64,000 nt of DNA, taken from positions 149,980,001 through 150,044,000 of the forward strand of contig CM059431.1 of assembly GCA_030390025.1 (NCBI GenBank). Direction: 5' to 3'. This DNA comes from Squalus acanthias. Taxonomy: Eukaryota. Shown one piece after another: positions 12,604-24,064 of the stretch (position 1 is the stretch's first letter; each line of letters opens with the position of its first letter). Both the position numbers and the translations under genes were made by a program. Below the pieces are notes generated by a model, which worked only from the letters and a program-made list of their open reading frames with translations, did no database searches and was not told the DNA's origin.

Positions 12604-12808
12604 GGAGAGGGAGGGGGAGGGGGAGAGGGAGAGGGATGGGGAGAGGGAGGGGGAGGGGGAGGGGGAGAGGGGAGGGGGAGGGGGAGAGGGGAGGGGGAGG
12701 GGGAGGGGGAGAGGGGAGGGGGCAGAGGGGAGGGGGAGGGGGAGAGGGGAGGGGGAGGGGGAGAGGGGAGGGGGAGAGGGGAGGGGGAGGGGGAGAGGGG
12801 AGGGGGAG
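12604..12808 (+). repeat. (GGGGAG/GGGGAGAG)n polypurine tract
   Basis: About 200 bp of almost pure G/A between the two convergent Harbinger genes. Confidence 0.95.
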
Positions 12809-12827
12809 CGGGAGATACAAGGCGACA

Positions 12828-13979
12828 CTACCTCGTGAAGGTGTTGGCTACCAGCTGCTCCCTTGCAGCCTTACTTTGAGCAGCAGTTGGCTCTTCCCCA
12901 TCATGCCTTCCCACAGGCACATTGGCATTGTCCACGTCCTCCATTTCTGCAGGTAGTTCATCTGCAGCGTTAAGGGTCAGTCCTTCCTGCAGGGCAAAGT
13001 TATGCAAAGCACAACAGGCCACCACAATCTTTGCCACTTTCTGAGGAGAATACTGCAAGGTCCCCCCTGACCTGTCCAGGCACCGGAAGCGTGATTTCAG
13101 AACTCCAATTGTCCTCTCCACCACTTGCCGTGTGGACACGTGTGCCTGGTTGTATCTCTCCTGAGCCTCATTATTGGTCTTGCGGTAGGGAGTCATCAGC
13201 CATGGTCTTAGCGGGTAGCCCTTGTCGTTCAATATCCATGCGGATCCTGGAGGCAATGCGTTGAGGACGCCATATAAGTCAGAGTTACGGAGGACGAAGG
13301 AGTCATGATTACTTCCACGGTTACCTGCATTCACATTTAAGATCCTGAGATGCGCATCACAGACAATCTGGACATTCAGTGAATGAAACCCCTTCCTGTT
13401 GATAAATGTCACAGGTGCAACCCCTGGTGCCTTCAATGCTACATGGGTTCCATCGACAGCCCCAATCACTTTGGGGAATCCAGCAATGTTATGAAATGCA
13501 AGCGCCATCTCCTTTTGATGGCGAGCAGACAAGTCATACTTAATGAACTCAGAAGCCCTACGGTAAATGGCTTCTGTGACCTGGTGAATGCAGGCCCTCG
13601 CAGCATTCTTGGATATGTTGCAATTGTCACCGGTGCTTGCCTGAAAAGTCCCACTTGCAAAGAAGTTCAGTGCTGTGGTTACCTTCATGCTCAGTGACAA
13701 TGCATTGCGTTTCTTCGTGCGTGTTTGAAGGTCCTCCTGTAACATCTCACAGATTCGGCCAATTGACTCTTTACTGAAGCGCAGCCTCCTCACACACAGC
13801 TCCTCCGACAGCATCTCAAATGACAGCCTCTGCCTGTACACTCTATTTGGTGGGTAGTAGTTTCTCCTTCTCTGGAGGAGACGGGCTTGGTTCCTCCGTC
13901 TGATTCGTTGTCTGTATTCGAAAATTCTCAGATACGTAATCACACAGAGGAGGAAGAACAATCGATTGCAAAAGGGCAT
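12828..13979 (-). CDS. Harbinger DDE transposase (HARBI1-like, DDE_Tnp_4 family), 383 aa
   Basis: Uninterrupted ORF with LRFSK, ALNFFASG, FPKVIGAVDGTHV, NRKGFHSLNVQIVCD, GSNHDS, DKGYPLRPWLMTP, YNQAH..TRQVVERTIGVLKSRFRCL, IVVACCALHN. Confidence 0.96.
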   Translation of the reverse strand: MPFCNRLFFLLCVITYLRIFEYRQRIRRRNQARLLQRRRNYYPPNRVYRQRLSFEMLSEELCVRRLRFSKESIGRICEMLQEDLQTRTKKRNALSLSMKVTTALNFFASGTFQASTGDNCNISKNAARACIHQVTEAIYRRASEFIKYDLSARHQKEMALAFHNIAGFPKVIGAVDGTHVALKAPGVAPVTFINRKGFHSLNVQIVCDAHLRILNVNAGNRGSNHDSFVLRNSDLYGVLNALPPGSAWILNDKGYPLRPWLMTPYRKTNNEAQERYNQAHVSTRQVVERTIGVLKSRFRCLDRSGGTLQYSPQKVAKIVVACCALHNFALQEGLTLNAADELPAEMEDVDNANVPVGRHDGEEPTAAQSKAAREQLVANTFTR

Positions 13980-14744
13980 CTTTCTCTCACACAGGCTTCC
14001 TCCTCAAACTGAAAGTTGGAATGAAAAAATGGAAATAGTTGTTAAAGTAACTTTAGTTAAGTGAGTGGCTATAAAATCAGGTCAGGCTATGGTGGGACAC
14101 GTGCGCTATCAGCTTGGGAACACATCTACCCGCCACACGGCCCTAGCTGATTTTCCAAACCTGTAACATTTTCATAAATTCATACATACATACATACATA
14201 CTTACTTACTTACTCATTTTCATCTTTAAAACTTTTTGAAACGTAAACAGTTCATTTTTAAACTTTCATTTTCACAGATAGATACCTAAATATGCCTTGT
14301 ACACACCCACAGTTGCTATACTACTCCAAATGGTCAAAACCCGTTTTAAATTTTTTTTTTTTAAACTCTTAACTTATATAAGACTTCATTTAAAACTTTT
14401 GTGTCTTTCAAATTTAAAAAACTCACCTCAGTAGCCACACTCCAAAAGGATTTCTTCCTCCTACTTATCTCGGCAAATGTATAAATGGCTGCTGCTCCTG
14501 CTTTTAAAATGTGTAACTGCTCGGAGCTTACACACACTACTCTCATTCACAAAATACATGAATTTTCCGACGCACGCGCAGAATCACCAGCCCACGCGAT
14601 TACTCGCAGATCCATGAAACTGACCAGACATGAAGTGCCGGTTTTCAGCGCATGCGTAGTGCATGCAGAAAACCGGCAATTGAAGAGGGAATACGCGAGT
14701 GTACGCAGTGCGTACTCTCGCGCACCAGGATGAATTTTTGGGCC

Positions 14745-15420
14745 ATTGTGTGGTTGGTTCCGTTAAGTTTATGGTGAATGATGATCTTCAGGATATTGAT
14801 GGTGGGGGACTTGGAATTGAATGTCAAGGGGAGGTGGCTCTTGTTGGAGATCATCATTGACTGCCACTTGTGTGGTGCGAGTGTTACTTGCCACTTATTA
14901 GCCCAAGCCTGAAAGTCGACCAGTTCTTCCTGCATACGGGCACGGACTGCTTCATTATCTGAGGAGTTGCGTGTTAAAGTGAACACTGCAATCGTAAGCG
15001 AACATCCCGAGTTCTGACCTTATGATGGAGGGAAGGTTATTGATGGAGCAGCTGAAGGTGGTTGGGTCTCGGACACTGCCCTGAGGAACACATGCTGCGA
15101 TGCCCTGTGGCTGTGATGATTGATCTGCAACAACATTTGTGCTAGGGATGACTCGTGCCAGTGGAGTGCAACCCCCCTGATTCCCATTGACTTCAATTTT
15201 ACAAGGGCCCTTTGATGTCACTCTCAGTTAAATGCTGCCTTGACTTCAAGGGCAGTCATTCCCATCTCACCTCTGGAATTCAGCTCCTTTGTCCATGTTT
15301 GGACTAAGGCGGTAATGAGATCTGGAGTTGAGTGGTCCTGTTGGAACTCAAACTGAGCGCCGGTGAGCAGGTTATTGGTAAGTCAATAGCACTGTCGACG
15401 ACGACTTTCATCACTTTGCT
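14745..15420 (-). mobile_element. CR1/L2-group LINE RT region (remainder of the element split by Harbinger)
   Basis: Minus ORFs VPQGSVRDPTTFSCSINNLPSIIRSELGMFAYDC and QAWANKWQVTLAPHK. Confidence 0.85.
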
Positions 15421-15424
15421 TATT

Positions 15425-16145
15425 TTAGCAGTCTATGTCCTCCTGAAGCAAACTACTATCCCCGTCAGTGTAAAGTATATTCCCGAGTTTCGGGTCATCT
15501 GCAAACTTCAAATTATGCCCTTCATATATATAGGTCTATATCATTAATATCTATCAAAAAGAGTTGTGGTCCGAAAAGCGACCCCTGGGTGACACCACTG
15601 TATATTTCCCTCTTGTCTGAACAACAACCAGTCAACACTACACTCTGTTTTCTGTACCTTAGACAATGTCAGATCCCCGCTGCCAATGTCCCTTTGGTTC
15701 TAACATGTTTATTGAATGACACTTTATCAAATGCATGTTTTAAAGTCCACATACACAACATGAACCGCACAACGCTCATCAACCCTCTCCGTTAATTCAT
15801 CAAACAACTCAATCAAGTTGGTCAGACACATTTTGCCGTTAACATATCGGTGCTTGTTGTCACTTATTAATCCATGTTTTTTCCTAGTGACAGATATTTT
15901 TTTTCCGGGAACATGGCCTCCAGAAGTCTCCCCACAACATTCGCTAGGCTGACTGGCCTGTAGTTATTGGATTTATCACTCTCTCCTTTTTCAAACAGGA
16001 TGTAACACCTGCAACCCTACAATTCTCTAGCACCAGTCCCATATTCCAGGAGGATTGAAGGATTCTGACCAAATCCTGCGCTATTTCCCTCATTCCTTCC
16101 CTCAGCAACCCTCATACATGCCATTCGGACTGCAGAAATTTTCTC
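15425..16145 (-). mobile_element. Decayed CR1 RT fragment
   Basis: Reverse complement contains RPVSL, FDKV and GxPQGS-like RT motifs with stops. Confidence 0.7.
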
Positions 16146-16181
16146 CTTTACTTTGGTACAAAACGTGCGTGATTGAAAGTG

Positions 16182-16282
16182 GTTAACTGAGGCTGTTTGT
16201 ACACTGACTGGAATTAATGTCAGTCTCCATGTGTTAACTGAAGCTGTTTGTTCAGTGACTGTAATAAATGTCAGTCTCCATG
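16182..16282. repeat. 51-bp direct duplication just upstream of the GPCR exon 1
   Basis: gttaactga.gctgtttgt.ca.tgactg.aat.aatgtcagtctccatg at 16182 and 16233. Confidence 0.85.
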
Positions 16283-16859
16283 GACACTAATAGCATCAAT
16301 GCAGGGTTTCCTTCTTCTATTAATAAGGGATTCAATTCAATATGTTATCACATAGTGTCAGTGAGAGCATCACCTCCGGCACTAACAGGGATCTGTACGC
16401 TGCTCCACAGAGAGGGAGTCGGAATCTGAGAACAATAGATTGGAATGTTACAGCAATGGATCAGAATCTGAGAACAGTAGATTGGAATGTTACAACAATG
16501 GGCAGGAGTTTCATGTGGGAGATTGACCATCTTTCTGCATCTTATGATGGAATATCATTAAATATCTGGTTCTTGTTCGCACTTAAGATTATTCAACACT
16601 TTTACTATCCGCTGCTTGCTGCTGTAGGTGTTCCTGGTAAGTCTGTCTCTCCAGCTATTCTATTAACCATGTTTAACAGCATTACTGTACTTGTCATTTA
16701 CTCTCCCCTCCTTGTAGGTTTGTTGTTGCTTGTAAGTCTCTGTATCCAACTCTTAACTCTGCAAACATTTGCTAACTGCATTAATGCTCCTGTACTTTAC
16801 TCTCTCATCTTTGCCCTGTTAAGTCTCTATATCCAGCAATTACATCTGTAATCCAATGA

Positions 16860-17160
16860 ATCACCACCTCCACAATATCACCCGTCTCCGTCCCGACTCA
16901 GCCATTCCGCTGCATTAACCCCATTTGTTAAATCCAGAATCGACTATTCCAATGCTTTCCAGGCCGGCCTCCCAGTTACAAGGCTCCATAAACTAGAGCT
17001 CATTCAAAACTCTACTGTCCATATCCTAACATGCATCATGAGCCGTTAACGCATCAACCATGTGTTCGCTGACCTAGATTTGCACCCGATCTGGCAACAC
17101 CTGGAGCTTAATAGTCTCCTCCTTGTGTTCATATCCCACAATGGCCTCACCCCTCTAAAT
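16860..17160 (+). mobile_element. L2 LINE fragment
   Basis: Translates to an NITRLRP...SRIDYSNAFQAGLP...LELIQNS-like L2 RT C-terminal region. Confidence 0.7.
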
Positions 17161-17349
17161 TCGTCCCATTCCCCTGCTCTTTTCCCATAGTCCTGCACAT
17201 TTTTCACCTTCAAGTATTTATCCAATTCCCCTTTTGAAGGTAATTTATTTTCCTCTGTAACTCTCCCAGTTTTTCAGTCTCTATTTTTCTTTCTCTCTTT
17301 CTCTTTCTCTCTCTCCCTCTTCTCTCTGTCTCTCTTTTGTCTCGTGCTC

Positions 17350-17690
17350 ATAGAACCATAAAATGCTGCCGTCTCGTTGAAAGAGCTGTCTAATTAGTCC
17401 TAATCTTTAGCCAGACCCCAGTAAAAATGCCCCGTTCAACTTAGAATCGAATTCCCTGTCGAAACTTACTATTGAATCTGCTTCCATCACGGTCTCAGAC
17501 AGAGCCTTCCAGATCACAACAACTCACTGCATAAAGAAAACTCCCCTCATATCTTCTCTGTTTTTTTTGCCAATTACCTTAAATCTGTGACTGCTGGTTT
17601 CACATCATTTTGCCACTGGAAACAGTTTCGACTTATGGACTCGATCAAAACCCATCATGATTTTGATCATCATTATTAAAACTCCCATTA
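17350..17690 (-). mobile_element. CR1 3' fragment
   Basis: catagaaccata tail and reverse-complement ORF2 end. Confidence 0.65.
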
Positions 17691-17694
17691 TGTT

Positions 17695-18710
17695 AAAGGA
17701 CAAAGATAGAACATGTGTAAAAGTTCTCAATTGCAGAAAGGCTAATTTTACTAAGCTGCGATGTGATTTAGCAAAAGTGGATTGGAAACAGTTACTTTAA
17801 GGGAAATCAGTGGCAGCAGTGGGAAGCATTCAAGAAGGAGATCGTGAGGGTTCGGAGCAGATATATTTCCACAAAGAAATAGGATGAGAACCCAATTCTA
17901 GAGTATCCTGGATGTCAAGGATAATACAGATTAGGATACGAAGAAAAAGGGAAGCATTTGACAGATACCGAGAGCTCAATACTACAGACATCCCAGAGGA
18001 GTGTAGAAAGTGCACGGTTGAAATTAAAAATGCAATTAGGAAGGCAAAGAAAGGGCATGACAAATATTGCCAAGGTGATTTTGTGACTGGATGACTGTTT
18101 CCAGTGCGGTTCCGCAGAGCCGCATTGTCGGCCCCCTGCCTTTTGTGATATATAACAATGATCAATACTTCAATGCTGAGGCCATGATTAAGAAGTTTGT
18201 AGATGATACAAAAATTGGCAGTGTGATAGATAGTGAGGAAGATAGTTGTAAACTGCAGGAAGATATCAATGTACTGGTCAGATGGGCAGAAAAGTGGCAA
18301 ATGGAATTCAATCCAGAGAAGTGTGAGGTCATGCATTTGGGAAGGGTAACAAGGCAAGGGAATACACAATAAATGCTAGGGTACTAAGAAGTGTATAGAA
18401 TCATAGGGACCTTGGAGTGCATATCCACAGATCCCTAAAAGTAGCAGGACATGTAGATGGGGAGGTTAAGAAGGCATATGAGATTATTTGCTTTCGTTGC
18501 CGAGGCATAAAACATAAGAGCAGGGAAGTAATGCTGGAACTGTATAAAACACAAGTTAAGTCAAAGCTAAGAGTACTGCATACAGTTCTGGTCGCCACAT
18601 TACAGGAAAGGTGTGACTTCACTCGATAGTTTACAGAGGAGATTCATGAGGATGTTACCAGGACTGGAGAATTTTAGCGATGAGGAAAGATTGGATAGGC
18701 TGGGGCTGTT
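17695..18710 (+). mobile_element. Internally deleted CR1 ORF2 fragment
   Basis: KFVDDTKIG, WAEKWQMEFNPEKCEVMHLGR, LQRRFMRMLPGL motifs. Confidence 0.88.
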
Positions 18711-18711
18711 A

Positions 18712-19250
18712 ATTGCAACAGCCTTTGCAACTTGTCCTGCCACCTTCACAGATTTGTGTAAGTACAGCCCAGGTCTCTCTGATCATGCACCCGCTTTAAA
18801 AATGTACCGTTTAGTTTATATTGCCTCTGCTCATACTTCCTACCAAAATGTTTCACTTCGCACTTCTCTGTGTTAAATTGTATCTGCCATGTACCGGCCC
18901 ATCTCACCAATCTGTCCGTGTCCTCCTCAAGACTGTTGCTACCCTTCTGATTCTTTATTAACATTGCTGTCATTACTGACATCAGCAAACTTTTAAATTA
19001 TGCGTTGAATACCCATGTCTATGGCATTGATGTACATCAAAGGAGCAATGCCCCCAACAACGACCCCTGGGGAACACCACTGTATACTTCCTTTCGTCCT
19101 GAAAAACAACCGTTTACCACAACTCTCTGCTTTCTGTCACTTAGCCAAAATCCGAGCCATGTTGCCACTGCCACTTTAATCACTTGGACTTCAATTTTGT
19201 TTTCATGTGATACTTCATCAAACACCTTTTCAAAGCATAGCGACATTGGG
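18712..19250 (-). mobile_element. CR1 RT fragment
   Basis: WLSDRKQRVVVNGCFSG..VYSGVPQGSLLG and WQIQFNTEKCEVKHFGR on the minus strand. Confidence 0.88.
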
Positions 19251-19547
19251 AAAGTGTGGGCAGTAGCAATCATAGAACAATAGAATTGGTGAGACAAGTT
19301 GTGTGGACGCCCCGCTCTGATCACAGGCCTCATTCCCATTTTATTATTTGTATTAATTTATTCTCTGGATATTGTAATGCTTTTAAGGCAGGTATTACTT
19401 GCCCATTCCTAGATACCCATGAGAAAATGGTGGACTTTCGTCTTGAACCGCTGCAGTCCGTGTGGTGAAGGTGCACCCACAAAACGGTTACGGAAGAAAT
19501 TTTAGGCTTTTGATCCAGTGACATGAAGGAATGGGGATATGTTTGAA

Positions 19548-19945
19548 GGGTACGGTAGCATAGCAGTTATGTTGCTGGACTAGTAAACCAGATACCTGAC
19601 AAATGATCCAAAGTCCACCAGCTGGGGAATTTAAATTAAATTAATTAAACAATTCAGGAAGAAAAAGCGATTGTCGATAATGGTGACCATGACACTACCA
19701 GATTGTCGTAAAACCAATCTGGTTCACTAATGTCCTTTAGGGAAGAAAATCTGCTGTCCTTACCCATTCTGGACGAAATGTGACTCCAGACCCACAATAA
19801 TGTGATTGAGTATTTACTGCTCCTCTGAAATGGCCGAGCAAGCCTCTCAGTTGTATACGCTGGCTCATCATAACCTTCTCAATGGCAGTTAGGGAAGGGA
19901 AATAAATGCTGGCCTTGCCAGCGACGCCCCCATCCCAAGAATGAT
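19548..19945 (+). mobile_element. tRNA-headed SINE whose 3' tail is shared with the LINE at 9510
   Basis: ggtagcatagcagttatgttgctggactagtaa head; 3' ccttctcaatggcagttagggaagggaaataaatgctggccttgccagc matches the reverse complement of 9523-9593. Confidence 0.7.
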
Positions 19946-20499
19946 TTTTTTTAAGTCCATTTCTGGATGCTATGTGAGTTGAAGTGAGTAATTGGAGGTG
20001 GTGGTCTTTTGAGCTAGAGTCTGACCGAATTCTACCCCCTCACCTGTGCCTCCTCCCCCTGATGCCATTTGTAGGAATCCAGCTGCAGCCCTGCGGGTGA
20101 AAAGTACTTACGGTAAAATACTAAACAGAAACAATGTAACGTTTGGCATTTTCGGGATACAAGTCCTTTACTGGACCCTTGGCAATGATTTGGGGCTGAA
20201 CACGAGGATGAGAATCTTAAAATCGAGGCATTGCCGATCCGGGAGACAACGTAAGGCAGGGGTGATGGGTGAACGGGACTTGGCGCGAGTTACGACAGGG
20301 TCAGCAGAGTTTGGATCAGAAAGAAATGATTGTTATTAATTTTAGATAAAACGTTATATCTCCGCACCTCTTGAGCATCTGTCACGGAAGATAACAAATG
20401 ACTCTGAATGGGTTCAAGCTGATACTTTGAGAGGCAAAGTCTCAACCCAATTCGTCAGCACGCAGTCACATTTGATATGTGCCGAAGTCGGAAGACAAG

Positions 20500-22065
20500 G
20501 GCCGAGAAATTCGTCTCGGGCGTTGGCACTAAATGTGTGGTGGCGCTAAACGGGCGGTATTGGATCATAACAACATAAGAATTAGGAGCAGCAGTAGACC
20601 ATTTGAACCTTCGAGCCTGCTCCGCCATTCAATTTAATCATGGCTGATCTTGTACCTCATCTGCACTTTCCTGCACTATCCCCATAACCCTTGATAACAC
20701 TTAATATTCAAACATCTAACGAACTCTGTCTTGAATATACTCAACGACTGAGCCTCCACAGCCCTCTGCGGTAGAGAATTCCAAAGATTCACCACCGTCT
20801 GAGTGAATAAATGTCACCTCATCTCAGTCCTAATTGGCCGACCCCTTATTCTGAGACTGTGAACACTGGGTCTAGATTCCCCAGCCAGGGGAAACATCCT
20901 CTGTTCATCTACCCTGTCAAACCCTTTAAGAATTGTGTATGTTTCAATGAGATCACCTGTCATTCTTACAAACTCCAGAGAATATAGGCGTAGTTTACTC
21001 AAACACTCCTCATAGGTCAATCCCCAATCCCAGGAACCTGTCTGCTGAACCTTCTTTGAACTCCATCAATGACAAGTATATCCTTCATTAGTTAAGAAGA
21101 CCAAAACTGCACACAACATTCCAGGTATGGTCTCACCAGGGCTCTATATAATTCCAGTATGACGTCTTTACTCGTATACAGGAATCCTCTTGTAATAAAG
21201 GCCAACATACCATTTGCTTTCCGAAATGGTTGCTGTACCTGCATGTTAACTTCCAGTGATTTTTGTACAAGGACACCCAGGTCCCAATGAACAGCAACAT
21301 TTCCCAATCTCTCACCATTTAAAAAATGCTCTGTATTTCTATTTTTCCTACCAAAGTGGATAACATCATATTTCTCCACGTTGTATTCTATTTGTCATGT
21401 TCTTGTCCACACACTTAGCCTATCTTTTTCCCATTGAAGACTTTTTGCATCCTGCTCACAACTTACATTCCCACCCAGCTTTGAATCACCAGCAAACTTG
21501 GATATAATACATTTGGTCCCCTTATCCAAATCATTGACGCAGATTGTTAATGGCCGAGGCCCAAGCACTAATCCTTGCGGTTCCCCATTAGTTACAGCCT
21601 GGCAACAGGAAATTGACCCGTTTATTCATACTCTTTGATTTCTGTCCGTTAACCAATCCTGAATCCATACTAGTATATTATCCCCAATCCAATCAGCACT
21701 AATTTTGTTTAATAATCTTTTGTTTGGCACTTTATCGAATGCCTTCTGAAAATCCAAAAACACCGCATCCATGGTCCCCTTATCTATACCGCTAGTTACA
21801 ATCTCAAGATCTGTCAAACACAATTTCTCTTTTATAAATCCGTTTTTACGCTGCCCAATTCTATTATAATATTCAAAGTGCCCTGTTATGAAGTCCTTAA
21901 TAATAGATTCAAGCATTTCCCTAATACTGATGTCAGGCTAACTGGACAGTAGTTCCCGTTTTCTCTCTCCCTCCTTTCTTAAATAGTGGGGTTACATTTG
22001 TTACCTGCGTTACACGCAGCTCCTGATATTCAGTGCCACCGCAGTCAATTAAGGATTTCTAGGCC
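20500..22065. mobile_element. Non-autonomous Harbinger-like element (GGCC-ended TIRs), split by CR1
   Basis: Ends ggccgagaaattc / ggatttctaggcc (11/13 inverted match), flanked by AAG on both sides (20497-20499, 22066-22068). Confidence 0.65.
20566..22005 (-). mobile_element. 5'-truncated CR1 LINE
   Basis: Minus ORFs DFQKAFDKVP, LYRALVRPYLECCVQFWS, RLYSLEF; cataagaattaggagc tail. Confidence 0.93.
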
Positions 22066-22254
22066 AAGGTCTTCAATTCTTAACACCAATATTCCAGCAG
22101 AGGTTTCTCCGTAACTCTTCGAAGCCACTTCTGTGTCAAAGAACTAATCTCACTAATCCTGCAACATCAGCACCCCTGTGGTCCCAAACCGCATGGTTCC
22201 CTGTTTAAAAAAAAACCAAAATCCATTCCGGCTCTTCGTAACATTCAATGGACA

Positions 22255-23855
22255 TCTAAACAAGAGGGAGGAGTCACAGCCAGTGTCACAGAAACATTCA
22301 TAATGGCTTTTTAAAGAGACTACCAGTAAAACAGGTTTTCTAAAGAGACAAGACCAGTCAGGCTTTTTAAAGAGAGAGCACCAGCGACACAGGCTTTTTA
22401 AAGGGACAGAACACTTCACACAGGCTTTGTAAAGAGACAGGACCAGTCACACGGGCGCTTTAAGGAGACAGGACCAGTCACACAGCCTTTTTAAAGAGAG
22501 AGGAGCAGTCACACATGCTTTTAAAAGATACTGGACCTGTCATTCAAGAATTTTAACAGAAAAGTCCAATCACACATGGTATTTAAAGAGAAATAACCGG
22601 TGACACAGGCTTTCATAGAATCATAGAATGGTTACAGCAGGGATGAAGAAAATTCGGCCCGTCGAGCCCACGTCGGCTCTCTGCAAGAGCACACCAGCTA
22701 GTCCCACTCCCCCGCTGTTTCCCTCTGCATTATTTTCATTCAGGTACTTATCTAACTCCCTTTTGAAACCATTGATTAAGTCCGCCTTCACCTGCATTTT
22801 AGGCAGTGCATTCCAGATCCTAACCACTCCTTGCGTAAAAAGTTATTTTTTCTGATGTCTCCTTTGGTTCTTTTGCCAATCACCTTAAATCTGTGTCCTC
22901 TGGTCCTCGACCATTTGCCAATGGGCACAGTTTATCTCTATCTGTTCTGTCCAGACCCATCGTGATTTGAACAACGCTATCAAATCTCCTCTCAAACTTT
23001 GCTGCTCCAAGGAGAACAACGCCAGCTTCTCCAATCTAACTACGTACCTGAAGTCCCCCATCCCTGGAATCATTCTCGTAAATCTTTGCTGCACCCTCTC
23101 AAAGGTCTTCACATCCATCCTGAAGTGCGGTGCAAAGAATTTGACACAATAATCCAGTTGAGGCCAAACCAGTGTTTTATACTGGTTCATCATAATTTCC
23201 ACGCTTTTGTACTCTATACCTCTATTCATGAAGCACAGGAACCTGTAAGCTTTTTTAACTGCTTTCTCAAACAGTCCTGCTACCTTTAATGTTTTGTGCA
23301 CATATAACCCGTAGGTCTCTCTGTTCATGCACCCCCTTTAGGATTGTATGCTTTAGTTTATATTTCTTCTCCTCTTTCTTTCTAACACGATGTATCACTT
23401 CGCTTTTTTCTGCGTTAAATTTAATCTGCCACCTGCCCGCCCATTCCACAAGCCTGTCTATTTCCTCTTGAATTCTATCGCTATCCTACTCTCTGCTTAC
23501 TATACTTTTGAAAGACACAGGACCAGTCACACAGATTTTTTAAATGACATAATCAGCCATACAGGCTTATTAAACAGACGGAACCAGTCACACAGTTTTT
23601 TAAAGAACCAGGACTAGTCAGACTGGCTTTATAAAGAGACAGGACCAGTCACACAGGTTTTATAAAGAGAGAGGACAAGACGCGCAGGCTTTCTAAAGAG
23701 ACATGATCTATCACACAGGCTTTGAAAGAATCAACACGAGTAACACAGGCTTTTAAAGAGACAGAATCAGTCACACAGGCTTTTCAAAGAGACATGACCA
23801 ATGTCACAGGTTTTTAAATGAAAAAGGACCAGTCACTCAGGCTTTTCAAAGAGAA
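22255..23855. repeat. ~31-bp minisatellite (aaagagacaggaccagtcacacaggcttttt), interrupted by CR1 at 22615-23500
   Basis: The unit recurs on both sides of the CR1. Confidence 0.85.
22615..23500 (-). mobile_element. CR1 3' fragment
   Basis: ORF 22885-23328 YKTLVWPQLDYCVKF..ERVQQRFTRMIPG; catagaatcatagaa tail. Confidence 0.92.
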
Positions 23856-23875
23856 AAAAATGACATAAGCAAAAG

Positions 23876-23940
23876 GGCCGAGAAATTCCTTCTCGGGCGA
23901 CGGCACAAAACAGCTGTTTTTTTATCGGAAATTCTAGGCC
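23876..23940. mobile_element. 65-bp Harbinger-like end-to-end mini element
   Basis: ggccgagaaattcc...gaaattctaggcc; left end near-identical to 20500; no clear TSD. Confidence 0.5.
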
Positions 23941-24064
23941 CCCATATCTGTGCTTACAGATTATTGGACCATTAATGTTCGTTCACAAATTCTAATCTGG
24001 TCCTGAATATGACCCCTTTCAAATTGCTTATTTTGCACACTATTAATTATAATATGTTTAATTC

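Larger units (their letters stand above)
10137..14744. mobile_element. PIF/Harbinger DNA transposon, apparently complete and autonomous
   Basis: TIRs gggccagaaattcatc (10137-10152) and gatgaatttttgggcc (14729-14744), 14/16 identity; ATT direct repeat at 10134-10136 and 14745-14747; encodes a Myb/SANT-like protein and a DDE transposase. Confidence 0.95.

Noticed and set aside
12568..12956. RG-rich and proline-rich ORFs
   Set aside because: Translations of the (GGGGAG)n tract.
12828..13979. Domesticated host gene HARBI1
   Set aside because: Flanked by TIRs and a TSD, paired with a Myb gene and inserted in a LINE, so it is a transposon copy rather than the host orthologue.
16637..16851. Hydrophobic extension of the 169-aa ORF as extra TM helices
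   Set aside because: It lies past a canonical GTAAGT donor at the family's conserved intron position; T-rich intron sequence translates as hydrophobic.
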